NCBI GenBank assembly: GCA_965221165.1
Contig: CBDCRP010000002.1
Coordinates: 1,408,001-1,472,000 of the forward strand
DNA: 64,000 nt
Reading direction: 5' to 3'
Source of the DNA: a bacterium
Lineage (GTDB): Bacteria > UBA8248
The position numbers and the translations under genes were made by a program. How positions within the stretch are numbered: position 1 is the stretch's first letter; each line of letters opens with the position of its first letter. This document shows, one piece after another, positions 32,119 through 42,017 of this stretch. The notes under the pieces were generated by a model. That model ran no database searches and was not told where the DNA came from. It saw nothing but the letters and a program-made list of their open reading frames with translations.

Positions 32119-33159
32119 ATGCAGCAGGAAGCCATCACCATCGGCAGCACAAGCTTCAGGGGAATGACGCTCGAGCGCCACATTCGCGAGGAGGAGAGAA
32201 ACCACCCGGGCGCGCGGGGTCTCTTCACCCGCCTCGTCACGCAGATCACCCTGGCCGCCAAGATCATCAACGCCGAGGTCAACAAGGCGGGCCTCGTGGA
32301 CATCTTCGGGCTGACCGGCGAAGTCAACGTGCAGGGCGAGGAAGTCCAGAAACTCGATGAATACGCCAACGAGGTGATGAGAAAGGCCCTCGACCACACC
32401 GGCTCGGTGGCCGCCCTAGCGAGCGAGGAGATGGAGGACGTCTACACCGTCCCCGGCGAATACATCGAGGGTGGCGAATACGTGGTGCTCTACGACCCGC
32501 TGGACGGCTCCTCGAACATCGACGTGAACGTGAGCATCGGCTCGATTTTCTCCATCCTGCGCCGCAAGAGCGATAGCGGCCCCACGGCGCTCGACGACTT
32601 TCTCCAGCCGGGTCTATCCCAGGTTTGCGCGGGCTACGTCATCTACGGTTCATCCACCATGCTGGTCTACACCACCGGCAACGGCGTCGACGGCTTCACG
32701 CTCGACCCCTCGGTGGGCGAGTTCTTCCTCTCCCATCCCAACATCCAGATTCCCGAACGGGGGAAGATATACAGCATCAACGAGGGCAATTCCTCGAAAT
32801 GGGACGAACCCACCTCCCGTTACGTCGCATACCTGAAAGAAGAAGACGCCGAATCGGGCCGCCCCTATTCGGGGCGCTACATCGGCTCGCTGGTGGCCGA
32901 TTTCCACAGAAACCTCCTCAAGGGCGGCATCTTCCTCTATCCGGGCGACAAGAAAAACCCCAACGGCAAGCTGCGCCTCCTCTACGAGTGCAACCCCATG
33001 TCCTTCATCGCGGAACAAGCCGGCGGAGCAGCAAGCGACGGCCACCGCAGGGTGATGGAAATCCAGCCCGAAAAGCTGCACCAGCGCATTCCTTTCATCG
33101 TCGGAAGCAAGCGCGACGTCGCCGACGCCACCCGCTTCATTTCCAGAGGAGAGGATTAA
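32119..33159 (+). CDS. fbp: Class 1 fructose-1,6-bisphosphatase
   Basis: SEE, DPLDGSSNID, RYIGSLVADFHR and GKLRLLYECNP motifs. Confidence 0.97.
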   Translation: MQQEAITIGSTSFRGMTLERHIREEERNHPGARGLFTRLVTQITLAAKIINAEVNKAGLVDIFGLTGEVNVQGEEVQKLDEYANEVMRKALDHTGSVAALASEEMEDVYTVPGEYIEGGEYVVLYDPLDGSSNIDVNVSIGSIFSILRRKSDSGPTALDDFLQPGLSQVCAGYVIYGSSTMLVYTTGNGVDGFTLDPSVGEFFLSHPNIQIPERGKIYSINEGNSSKWDEPTSRYVAYLKEEDAESGRPYSGRYIGSLVADFHRNLLKGGIFLYPGDKKNPNGKLRLLYECNPMSFIAEQAGGAASDGHRRVMEIQPEKLHQRIPFIVGSKRDVADATRFISRGED

Positions 33160-34059
33160 ATGCAGACCCATCGCTTCGCTTTTTTATTCCTCGTCATCTT
33201 TGTGCTCACCGGCTGCGTGGGCATCGAAGACTATGAGCGAAAAACGGATGAAGCCGCGGGCCTCAGGGGCGAAATCGCAAAGACCGAGGACCAGGTCAAG
33301 GAACTTCGCGTCAAGATCGAAGAACTCGAAGGGCAAATCAAACAAAAAGACCTGGAAAACCAGGAGCTCAGCCAGTCCCTCACCATGGCCAGGCGCCACA
33401 GCCAACAGACAGAGACGCGCGTGGCCGACCTGCGCGCGCAGATGACTTCCCAGCAATCGCAACAAACCGAGAGCGCCAAGAAAGCCATACGTTTCGAGCG
33501 CGCATACAAAGCCGGCCTCAAGCGGGTTCGCGAGCTTCAGAAAAACCTCGTCGCCATGCATAAGAAACTCCTGCGCTTCGAGGATCGGATTCGTTTCCAG
33601 ATTCAGCTCGAAAAAGACATGAAAGCCCAGTTGGAAAGAGAACGCCGCCGCGGAATCGTGGAGGTGCGCCGCGCGGGCGACCGGGTCGTGATCAGCATCG
33701 CGAGCGCCATCCTCTTCAAGTCGGGAAGCGCCAAAGTCCGCTCCGAGAGCAAGGCCCTGCTCGTGAAGTTCTCAAGCCTCCTGCGCCGCTACGCGAACCG
33801 CGAGGTGCAGGTGCAGGGGCATACCGACAACGTGCAGATATCCAACAGGCTGGCGGAGCGCTGGGAGACGAACTGGGAGCTTTCCGCCGCGCGCGCCACG
33901 CGGGTGCTGCGCTACTTCGTCGAGGTGGGAAACCTCGACCCGCGCAGGGTCTCGGGGGCGGGGATGGGCGAGTACCGTCCTATCGCCGACAACGATACGC
34001 GCGATGGCCGTCGGACGAACCGACGAATCGAAATCGTCATCTTTCCTCCCGATTCCTAA
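33160..34059 (+). CDS. OmpA/MotB-like lipoprotein with a coiled-coil N-terminus
   Basis: Lipobox LTGC, coiled coil, GHTDN, NWELSAARA and NRRIEI motifs. Confidence 0.88.
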   Translation: MQTHRFAFLFLVIFVLTGCVGIEDYERKTDEAAGLRGEIAKTEDQVKELRVKIEELEGQIKQKDLENQELSQSLTMARRHSQQTETRVADLRAQMTSQQSQQTESAKKAIRFERAYKAGLKRVRELQKNLVAMHKKLLRFEDRIRFQIQLEKDMKAQLERERRRGIVEVRRAGDRVVISIASAILFKSGSAKVRSESKALLVKFSSLLRRYANREVQVQGHTDNVQISNRLAERWETNWELSAARATRVLRYFVEVGNLDPRRVSGAGMGEYRPIADNDTRDGRRTNRRIEIVIFPPDS

Positions 34060-34102
34060 GAGGCGAGCACTCTCTCGCCGCGACCCGAGAAAGGACTTTT
34101 TC

Positions 34103-34765
34103 TTGATCCTCGAGCGGATACCCGTCGGCCCGTTTCAGATGAACAGCTACGTCTTGGGTTGTGAAGAAACGAAAGAGGGCGCCTACATCGACCCGGGCGC
34201 GGAGGTGGAGCGCGTCATCGCGGTCGCGCGTGAGCACGGCCTCACCCTCACCAAGATCATCGGCACCCACGCGCACCTGGATCACGCCGAGGGCGTCGCC
34301 GAAGCGAAGGAAAAGCTCAGGGTTCCCTACTGGCTCCACGAGGCGGAACTGTTCAACCTGCGCAACATGCCGAACGCGGCGCGCGGCTACGGGTTCCCCG
34401 AACCGCCAGTTCCCGAGGTGGACGCGCATCTCGCGCCGGGCGAGACGATTTCGGTCGGAAACCTGGAATTCGAGATCAGGCTCACCGACGGGCACGCCCC
34501 CGGCAACGTCACCCTGTACCGGCCGGGGGACGGGACGGAGGCGGGGCACGCCATCGTGGGCGACGCGCTGTTTGCGGGATCGATCGGACGAACCGACCTC
34601 TACATGGGCGATGCGAACGTACTGTTGAATAGCATCCGCACGCAACTGCTCACCCTCCCGCCCGAGACCATGGTGCACCCGGGCCACGGGCCTGAGACCA
34701 CCATCGGCCACGAGAAATCCACCAACCCCTTCTGCCGGCCCGGAGCCGAAAAATTTCTGGCTTAA
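34103..34765 (+). CDS. MBL-fold metallo-hydrolase (glyoxalase II/YcbL-like)
   Basis: THAHLDH, GHAPG, GDALFAGSIGRTD and PGHG motifs; start placed at TTG 34103. Confidence 0.9.
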   Translation: MILERIPVGPFQMNSYVLGCEETKEGAYIDPGAEVERVIAVAREHGLTLTKIIGTHAHLDHAEGVAEAKEKLRVPYWLHEAELFNLRNMPNAARGYGFPEPPVPEVDAHLAPGETISVGNLEFEIRLTDGHAPGNVTLYRPGDGTEAGHAIVGDALFAGSIGRTDLYMGDANVLLNSIRTQLLTLPPETMVHPGHGPETTIGHEKSTNPFCRPGAEKFLA

Positions 34766-34806
34766 GCCCGGACGCCCCCCAGGCACATCCCCATCTCGGA
34801 GGCGGG

Positions 34807-35310
34807 GTGAAATTCTGCGTCTCCTGCGGAAGCCCGCTCGTCTATCGCCCGTGGACGGAGGGAGACGACACCATGCAGCTTTGCTGCAGCGCGGCCTCTT
34901 GCAACCACGTCCATTTCCTGGACCCCAAGGTGGCGGCGGGCGTCGTCGCGACCATCGAGGGGCGCGCGGTGCTCGTGCGGCGCGCCCACAACCCCGGCAA
35001 GGGGCTTTGGACCTTCCCGGGCGGTTTCGTGAACAGGGGCGAGGTGGTCTCCGCCGCCGCCGCGCGCGAGGCGAAAGAAGAGGCGGGAATCGAGGTGGCG
35101 GTGGATTCTCTCCTGGGGGTGTACTCGTTCGAGGAAAATCCCACCGTGCTCATCGTCTACACGGGGGCCGTGACGGGCGGCGCACCTCGCGCCCTGGCGG
35201 AAACCATCGAGGTCAAGCTCGTCTCGCCCGATGCGATCGACTTCAGTGAACTCGCCTTCGACACTACGCGCGCCGCCATGCATGACTGGCAAACGAGGAT
35301 GGGGAGGTGA
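34807..35310 (+). CDS. NUDIX hydrolase with an N-terminal zinc ribbon
   Basis: FCVSCG...C..C and Nudix box GGFVNRGE..AAAREAKEEAG. Confidence 0.9.
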   Translation: MKFCVSCGSPLVYRPWTEGDDTMQLCCSAASCNHVHFLDPKVAAGVVATIEGRAVLVRRAHNPGKGLWTFPGGFVNRGEVVSAAAAREAKEEAGIEVAVDSLLGVYSFEENPTVLIVYTGAVTGGAPRALAETIEVKLVSPDAIDFSELAFDTTRAAMHDWQTRMGR

Positions 35311-35545
35311 ATTGGGGCGCACTACCACCCAAAGCATGCCTGTCGCAACACCCAACAAATTCTCGCAAGCAGCCTCTTGGCTTTCCTTATGAAGCTCTCA
35401 TATTTATGAGCGCGCCGCTGTTCCCATCACGCGGGTGATCTTATAATCACACCTTCCATTTTCGAGGATTTTTAAGTATTTTCGATCCAAGGGGGAGACA
35501 GCGAGGTACCTCTGACCCGCCTTTTTTTGTATTAGGAGATGATTG

Positions 35546-36223
35546 ATGATTCTATCTGATGAAACGCTCGCTCGGCTCAGAGAAATAGACACGCCCACAG
35601 TGTCGAACGCCGTGGAATCCTTCGGTGTGCGGCCGAGAACCCTAGGCCACACTGACGCGAGCGTGAAGTGCATGTTCCCCGAGATGGGTGTGGCGCTGGG
35701 CTACGCCGTGACGTTCACGACCAGCGAATACGCGCCGGGCGAGGAGCGCTCGCACACCTCGCGCATAGCGCTATATGAGGCTGTGGCGGCAGCACCCAAG
35801 CCCTGCGTTCTGGTGCAGCAGGACGTCGGCCCTAAACCCCTCTCCGCGTGCCTTTGGGGGGAGATCATGTCGAACCTGTTCTCGCGCCTGGGAGCCGAGG
35901 GCGTGGTGACGAACGGGGTGGTGCGCGACTTGGAAGCCATGTGCGAGGCGGGCTTTAAGACCTGGTGCGCGGGCATGACGGTCTCGCGCGGCGACGTGCG
36001 CGTGGTGGCGGTGAACACGCCTGTATCAGTCGGCGGGATGGCCGTGGTTCCGGGCGATCTGATCCACGCGGACGGCGGCGGCGCGCTCGTGGTGCCCAAA
36101 AACGTCGCGGCAGACGTCCCTGAAACCGCAGAACGCGTGCTGGCCAAGGAAGCGGAGTTGCTCTCCGCCATCCGCGCGGATGATTTCAGCCTGGAGGATT
36201 TGGTGCGGAGGTTTTATTCGTAG
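35546..36223 (+). CDS. RraA/HMG-aldolase family protein
   Basis: DTPTVSNA, GYAVT, WGEIM, GVVRD and PGDLIHAD motifs. Confidence 0.87.
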   Translation: MILSDETLARLREIDTPTVSNAVESFGVRPRTLGHTDASVKCMFPEMGVALGYAVTFTTSEYAPGEERSHTSRIALYEAVAAAPKPCVLVQQDVGPKPLSACLWGEIMSNLFSRLGAEGVVTNGVVRDLEAMCEAGFKTWCAGMTVSRGDVRVVAVNTPVSVGGMAVVPGDLIHADGGGALVVPKNVAADVPETAERVLAKEAELLSAIRADDFSLEDLVRRFYS

Positions 36224-36396
36224 GAGGGGCTTCGAATTTTTTGGGGGGGAGGGTTGGGATGAACATCCGCCTCATCTCACAATGGAATCGGTCTCCAGGC
36301 ACCCCCCTGCGTCGTCTCCTTCGTCACGACGACCTCATCGGTTCATGAAATGTCGACCTTTTGGGGCGATCCCCCCTCCAGAAGGGAAAATTCCGC

Positions 36397-36485
36397 ATAA
36401 CTCCTTATTTATCAGATATATAAATTTTCAGATATTTTCCCCTTTTTTCGCTATTTTTCGCCTTTTTTCCCCTTTTTTCGGATAT
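36397..36485 (+). repeat. Conserved AT-rich element with phased T-tracts, copy A
   Basis: ATAACTCCTT-N12-TATAAATTTTCAG followed by about five 10-bp T-tract units; homologous to 50876-50965. Confidence 0.8.
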
Positions 36486-36556
36486 TCCGGTCCGTCCCGG
36501 CGCGCAGGGAGGGGCCATGATAATGCCGTGCTCGGCGGGTCCCCCGATGACGGCAA

Positions 36557-37054
36557 ATGTGGGAAAATGCGCGGGTGAGGCTGCACGGCCTCAAACCCGA
36601 CCGGAGAGGCTCAAACCCGACTGATGAGGTTTGCGCTTTGCCGACCGGGGAAGGAGGATTTGCGGGTTTCGCCTTCGATCCCCATTCCGGCAGATGGAGT
36701 TGGCGGCATTGCGGGATGACGAACGAGGGCGAAAAACGGGAGGACACAGGGACCCGGCGGGACGGCCGCGCTGCCGGGGCGCGCTGGAAGCTCGGGCCCG
36801 CCTTCGACTTGGAGCTGGAGGAGCGGGGAACGGCATGGACGGATACCCGGGAACCGGATGAGGGGTCTCGTGGCGGAGCGTCCGATTGCCGGGGCAATCC
36901 CGTGCGCCCGTTCTGGGTGACGTATCGCACCGACGAAGGCGAAGAGACCACCTACCTGCGCATCCTCAAGGTGGAGGGCGATTCCATGGCGCCGGAGATT
37001 CGCGAGGGCGACCGGATCGTCGGCAAGGTGTTGTGGGTAGTCAAGCGGGTGTGA
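36557..37054 (+). pseudogene. Remnant of an S24 peptidase (LexA/phage CI-like repressor C-domain)
   Basis: LKVEGDSMAPEIREGDRI is joined directly to VGKVLWVVKRV, so the catalytic-Lys segment is missing; the N-terminal part is not protein-like. Confidence 0.6.
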
Positions 37055-37439
37055 GGAACATACGCCGCCACCGTCGTCCCGAATGATGCTCCTTGGTTCG
37101 TGTCCGCCATCCGGTCGGCGCCATGACGGTGCGAGCGGCCGGAAGTGTTCCTCCTGATGGATCGCACATCAATGCCTTTCGCCTTTCATCAGTCGTGATT
37201 GACCTCATCGGCCGGAAACCGCAATCGCTCCCTCATCGGTCGCGATTGACCCCGCATTTGCCGATGGCCAGGAAATCTTAAGATTGGGTATGGTGCGCGC
37301 GGCGCGGAAGAATTCCTCCTTCCTCAGTCGGAATTCACTTTGACACGCACGGCCCGGAATATGGTATGATTCGGCGCGTTGTAAAGGAAACGCCCGCCGG
37401 GAGCGGGCGCGGATTCAAACCACGAGAGGATGCGACGCC

Positions 37440-37793
37440 ATGAAGGTGATGAACTACAAGGAAGCGGAACTCAAAGCGGAGAAGGCGGCCCAGGGCGCGG
37501 GCATCCGCTGGCTGCTCAGCGAGCGCGACGGCGAGACCGAAATGGCGATGCGGGTCATCGAAATCGAAGCGGGCGGGCAGACGCCCGACCATTCCCACTC
37601 CTGGGAGCATCAGGTGTTCATGCTCAAGGGCGAGGGCCGCGTGATCGTCGAGGGCGAGACGCAGCCCATCGCGCCGGGTTCGGCCATATTCGTGGCTCCG
37701 GGCGAGAATCACACCTTCCTCAACGATTCGGACGATACCATGGAGTTCGTCTGCATGATTCCCGTGAGCGCCACCAAGGCGTATGAACACTAA
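37440..37793 (+). CDS. Cupin domain protein
   Basis: HSHSWEH and NHTF cupin motifs. Confidence 0.9.
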   Translation: MKVMNYKEAELKAEKAAQGAGIRWLLSERDGETEMAMRVIEIEAGGQTPDHSHSWEHQVFMLKGEGRVIVEGETQPIAPGSAIFVAPGENHTFLNDSDDTMEFVCMIPVSATKAYEH

Positions 37794-37909
37794 GACTAAG
37801 ACGGGAAAACCACACGCTACAGCCTAAGAATTTCGATAAATATAGATAAATTCACGACGGTTTTCGATAAATTTCTGAACAGGCGCCATCCGGCGGCTCT
37901 TCCCAAGCG

Positions 37910-37956
37910 CCACAATATATTGCGCTGAACGAAAATTCCTCACACAACATACAGGC
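37910..37956 (+). promoter_or_regulatory. Putative tandem NrdR-box-like sites
   Basis: CCACAATATATTGCG (37910) and ACACAACATACAGGC (37942), 32 bp apart, compared with the NrdR consensus ACACWATATATWGTG. Confidence 0.4.
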
Positions 37957-38019
37957 GCTCTCCGTTCACTCGTAGAGAAACCCTCTCAAAATCAATTTTT
38001 ATAACTACAACTCAATAAT

Positions 38020-38032
38020 TATCAATAACTTG
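38020..38032 (+). promoter_or_regulatory. IHF consensus site
   Basis: TATCAATAACTTG matches WATCAANNNNTTR within an AT-rich intergenic region. Confidence 0.45.
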
Positions 38033-38205
38033 CAATATATCTTGCATGGACAACTTTAAGAGCGGCAGGATATCAGTAAACTATATATTTTATAAAATAA
38101 ATAAAAACAATAAGATATGAGAATTAGTAAAAAAATTACTTGATATAAATCCTAAGCCTTTGGTATATTCCACAGCGTCCCAATCCGTCCTATTGGGTGT
38201 TGGAA

Positions 38206-39684
38206 ATGACGAATCTGGAAAGAGATCTTTTCTCCCTCATCACACTCGTCAGCAACGTCACGGAAGCCTATTCCGCCTGCTTATTCCTCGAAAACAAAAG
38301 GCGTAAGACGTACCAGCTCGCTACTTATCACAGTCTCAGCCCATACATCCTCGCGGATGCCTCGGTCGATGTGGGCCAGGGCTTCATGGGTTGGGTTCTG
38401 GAAAACAATGAACCCTTAAGCGTAAATCAGTTCGACAAAGACACTCTAGTCCTCGGTTATTACAGCAGAAACGAGGATATCAAGTCCTTCATGGCGACTC
38501 CTTTGCCCTCTTCCATCAATAAAGGGGCGCTCGCCATTGACAGCAAAAAAAGTTGGTGTTTTACATCCAGAGATCAAAAAATACTCGCGGGGTTCGCCCA
38601 GCAATTCGCCTATCTTGCAGACGGTGCCCTGACGGCAGTTCAAATGGAACGGCGCTCCATGAACGTTCTCGCCTTCAGCAGATACCTGACTTCGCTTCGC
38701 TCAAGCGAAACCGAAAGTCAATTGTTGAATGCAATATGCCAGGTACCGCGCGAATTGCTTCCCTTCGACGCCTGCTTCCTCGTCCTTGTTGACGAGGAAG
38801 CAGGCTTCCCTCGCCTTGTCCGAACTTCCGGGTTTGGGGAACTTTTCCTGGGTGAAGTCACCGTTAGTGAACGTGCAAGTCTGGCGGGATATGTACTAAA
38901 TAAAAGAGAAAGTTTGAGGCTCCCGGATCTCAAGGGAAAAAAAGGAACCAGGCCCCTCTTCCATGATGATGAGCCCCGCTTCGAAGCTCGATCCGCCGCA
39001 TGTCTTCCCCTTATCTCAGGAAGTGAAATTCTTGGTTGTCTAGGGTTCACAAGCAAACGCAGGGCGCAATTCGATGCCTCTTCTCTACAGCGAGGAGAAA
39101 TCATCGGAGCTCTTGTGGCGGATGCCATCGCAAATCGTAAAAACGAGTCACGCTGGCAAGCACGTTTAGAAATTGACCCTATTACCGGCGAGCCGAATCT
39201 GCAATATCTCCATTCTCGCCTTAATGAAATTATCTGTGAGGCAGAAGCAAAGGGGCGTCAACTCGCGTTACTTAGTATCACTCCCGACGTTACGCCGGAA
39301 TGCAAGGATACGCCCGAGGAAGAAATCATTCTTCATCTCTCAAATTCGCTTAAACAATTCGCTGCGGGAAACGACATTTTAGTTCGGCATGAGGGGCCGC
39401 GTTTTCTCTTATTATTGAAAGACTCTTCTCAAGAATATGCTGAAGCCGTAGCAGAACGAATAATGCATGTCATTAATCACACCTCCTTCCATCATGCTGG
39501 AAAAGAACTCGAAATCACAATTTCAATAGGCGCTGCATGTTTCCCTGAAAATGCGCGAAACTCAAAAGCCCTGATCAAATCATCTCTTGAAGCATTAGCT
39601 TTCGCTCAGAAGGGGGATGCAGTAAGTCAACTTTGTTTTATGGGGGGGATGGATCATGAAATTGAATTTTTTACAAAAACTTAG
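38206..39684 (+). CDS. GAF-GAF-GGDEF-like protein with a degenerate active site
   Basis: Two GAF-like segments (GQGFMGWV...IKSFMATP; LAGYV...ACLPL), DPITG, RHEGPRF in place of R-x-GGDEF, ITISIGAACFP. Confidence 0.85.
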   Translation: MTNLERDLFSLITLVSNVTEAYSACLFLENKRRKTYQLATYHSLSPYILADASVDVGQGFMGWVLENNEPLSVNQFDKDTLVLGYYSRNEDIKSFMATPLPSSINKGALAIDSKKSWCFTSRDQKILAGFAQQFAYLADGALTAVQMERRSMNVLAFSRYLTSLRSSETESQLLNAICQVPRELLPFDACFLVLVDEEAGFPRLVRTSGFGELFLGEVTVSERASLAGYVLNKRESLRLPDLKGKKGTRPLFHDDEPRFEARSAACLPLISGSEILGCLGFTSKRRAQFDASSLQRGEIIGALVADAIANRKNESRWQARLEIDPITGEPNLQYLHSRLNEIICEAEAKGRQLALLSITPDVTPECKDTPEEEIILHLSNSLKQFAAGNDILVRHEGPRFLLLLKDSSQEYAEAVAERIMHVINHTSFHHAGKELEITISIGAACFPENARNSKALIKSSLEALAFAQKGDAVSQLCFMGGMDHEIEFFTKT

Positions 39685-40693
39685 ATCCCTGACGGGACCA
39701 AATATCGCGATGGACCTGGGGACGGCTAATACTCTAGTTTACACAAAAAATGCCGGAATCGTTCTTGATGAGCCCTCTGTCGTCGCCTTGAACACGAGAA
39801 ATGGAGGAGGGGTTCTCGCAGTAGGAAAAAAAGCCAAGGAAATGTACGGCCGGACTCCAGATTCAATTCGCACGATTCGTCCTATGAAAGATGGAGTAAT
39901 CGCAGATTTCGATGTCACCAAAGCAATGATACGCCATTTTGTTAGGGCAATCGTACCCAGAAGATCCTTCAGCCGACCTACGATGATGGTCTGTGTTCCC
40001 TCGGGAATTACAAGCGTCGAAATGAAAGCTGTAATTGATTCCGCCACTCAATGCGGAGCCGCCAAGGTCCATTTGATAGAAGAACCCATGGCGGCGGCCA
40101 TTGGCAGCAAACTACCGATTCATGAAATCGCCGGCTCCATGATTGTAGATATTGGGGGAGGGACAACTGAAATGGCCGTAATATCCCAATATGCAGTTGC
40201 GTATTCAGAGTCTCTCCGCATGGCGGGAGATGCGATGGACGAATGTATCCAACGCCACATTAAAAGACACCACGGTTTATCTATCGGTTCATTCGAAGCC
40301 GAGCGTGTGAAAATTGAGATTGGTGCGGCAGCTCCCCTTGCAGAGCCACTTGAAATGGAAATTTCAGGCGCAGATGTTTCCACGGGTATGCCTCGCATCA
40401 TTAAGCTAACTGATGAATCGGTGCGAGAGGCTCTCGACGGTCCTGTGAAAGCCATTGTTGAATCCATTAGAAAAGTTCTTTCTAAAACAAGCCCTGAGCT
40501 TGCTTCAGACATTCATCGACGAGGGATCGTGTTAGCTGGCGGCGGTTCGCTCTTAAAAGGGCTCGGGACAAGGCTTCATGATGAGACAGGTCTTCCTATT
40601 TACAGAGTAAAAGACCCACTCACCACCGTCGTTCGCGGAACTGGACATGTACTAGACCACTTAAAAGATTTTAAGCAGGTGTGCCTAAACTGA
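39656..40693 (+). CDS. mreB: MreB-family actin homolog (stand-alone, no mreC/mreD)
   Basis: DLGTANT, EPSVVA, RPMKDGVIADF, EEPMAAAIG, DIGGGTTE and LAGGGSLL motifs. Confidence 0.93.
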   Translation: MKLNFLQKLRSLTGPNIAMDLGTANTLVYTKNAGIVLDEPSVVALNTRNGGGVLAVGKKAKEMYGRTPDSIRTIRPMKDGVIADFDVTKAMIRHFVRAIVPRRSFSRPTMMVCVPSGITSVEMKAVIDSATQCGAAKVHLIEEPMAAAIGSKLPIHEIAGSMIVDIGGGTTEMAVISQYAVAYSESLRMAGDAMDECIQRHIKRHHGLSIGSFEAERVKIEIGAAAPLAEPLEMEISGADVSTGMPRIIKLTDESVREALDGPVKAIVESIRKVLSKTSPELASDIHRRGIVLAGGGSLLKGLGTRLHDETGLPIYRVKDPLTTVVRGTGHVLDHLKDFKQVCLN

Positions 40694-40717
40694 TTTTCCG
40701 GAGCACCACCCCCCCAA

Positions 40718-40755
40718 CCGGGGACCCGGCCCCATGCGCAATACCGGGTCCCCGG
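40718..40755 (+). terminator. GC-rich hairpin after mreB
   Basis: Perfect 12-bp stem CCGGGGACCCGG/CCGGGTCCCCGG; the U-tract is weak. Confidence 0.5.
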
Positions 40756-40869
40756 CCTTCCCCTTCATCGAATAGCTATAGAGAGATTCCACTGTCGACA
40801 ACAATCCTTTAGAATAAAAGATGATAGTAACTTGTATTGCAAAATCTTTTACTCAAACAGGAAAATACA

Positions 40870-41142
40870 ATGGCTTTCACACAACAAGGCGATTCGTATT
40901 CATTCGAATCGTCAGTAGAAGACATGAAACTGGTATACAGGATATTACACTGGCATATGAGAGATCACCTTGAACTTATGGATTGTGATTTTATGGATGA
41001 ATTACAACTCGCTCTACAAAAAAAAGCTCAAAATGAAGGAGTGGACATCGGCCATCACGGCGCATGGGATCTATGGCTGGGCAATGATGCAGCGACACCA
41101 TGTGAAGAACGCGTAAAAAAACGGAAGATATTCGATGATTAA
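40870..41142 (+). CDS. Small hypothetical protein (90 aa)
   Basis: Protein-like composition, AGGA RBS, fills the gap between mreB and aroE. Confidence 0.7.
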   Translation: MAFTQQGDSYSFESSVEDMKLVYRILHWHMRDHLELMDCDFMDELQLALQKKAQNEGVDIGHHGAWDLWLGNDAATPCEERVKKRKIFDD

Positions 41143-42017
41143 TCCTCGCCACTAAGGCGTAATTCCAGCGCTTTATGTAAAACCTCCATCACTATATCAG
41201 TAGGCATATCGACTCCTGTCCACATTTTCCAAGCAGCTGCAGCTTGATATACCAACCAACCTGTTCCGCGAACAACTTGAGCGCCGGACCGCTTGGCCGC
41301 TTTTATAAATTCCGTATCAGGCGGAATATAGACCGCATCCGAGCAAATACAATTTTCCGGTATAGCATCCTCGGGTATAGGGCTGGCAGCCATGCGCTCG
41401 GTATCTCCCCACATTCCCAAGCTTGTCGTATTCACAATGATCTCACAGCCATCAGCCGCTGAATATATATCCCCGAAGCCACCACCCTTTACTTTAGAAG
41501 AAGGAATGCTTTTCTCCACAAAACGTGCCAACTCAAAGGCTTTATCATATGTTCGATTTCTAATTTCAAGGTGAGCCGCCCCGCACTGGGTTATTTTGAC
41601 CGCAATCGCTCTCGCGGCACCCCCTGCACCCAAAACTAGGCATTTCTTTCCCTTGGGGTGCTCTCCCGTTGTTTCCTCCAAAAATCGGAGCCAGCCGATA
41701 CCATCCGTATTGTGGCCTATGAGGCGACCGTCTTCTTCAAAAACTATCGTGTTTACAGCGCCCATAAGCCGGGCGTCTTCGCTGACCTCATCCATCAGTT
41801 TGGTAACAGTCACCTTGTGCGGAATTGTTATTGTGAGTCCGCGAAACCCCATTGCCTGGGCTCCTCGCACAGCCTCTTCCAAATAATCCGGGTGAACCTC
41901 ATAGGAAAGATAATGATAATTCACACCCAAAACCTCAGCCGCTTTGTTATGGAGTACAGGTGATAAAATATGACCTGCAGGATATCCAAGAACACCCAGT
42001 GGTATCGGATTTAGCAT
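41139..42017 (-). CDS. aroE: Shikimate dehydrogenase family protein
   Basis: SPVLHN, TIPHK, GAVNT, HNTD, GAGGAARA, NTTSLGM and LVYQA motifs. Confidence 0.92.
   Translation of the reverse strand: MLNPIPLGVLGYPAGHILSPVLHNKAAEVLGVNYHYLSYEVHPDYLEEAVRGAQAMGFRGLTITIPHKVTVTKLMDEVSEDARLMGAVNTIVFEEDGRLIGHNTDGIGWLRFLEETTGEHPKGKKCLVLGAGGAARAIAVKITQCGAAHLEIRNRTYDKAFELARFVEKSIPSSKVKGGGFGDIYSAADGCEIIVNTTSLGMWGDTERMAASPIPEDAIPENCICSDAVYIPPDTEFIKAAKRSGAQVVRGTGWLVYQAAAAWKMWTGVDMPTDIVMEVLHKALELRLSGED

Noticed and set aside
31052-33159. Aldolase-fbp pair as evidence of a Calvin cycle
   Set aside because: No RuBisCO or phosphoribulokinase is in the window; gluconeogenesis explains the pair.
35400-35535. Possible riboswitch or attenuator before the RraA-like gene (T-tract just before the RBS)
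   Set aside because: Only weak, short pairings and no recognisable aptamer consensus.
36621-36660. CTGATGAG resembling a hammerhead ribozyme core
   Set aside because: No stem II closed by GAAA follows; the motif sits in the loop of a simple CAAACC/GGTTTG hairpin.
37800-38200. AT-rich region as oriC
   Set aside because: I found no cluster of TTATCCACA DnaA boxes, and dnaA/dnaN are not nearby.
39656-40693. MamK (magnetosome) or ParM assignment for the actin homolog
   Set aside because: The motifs are MreB-like, and no magnetosome or plasmid partition genes are adjacent.
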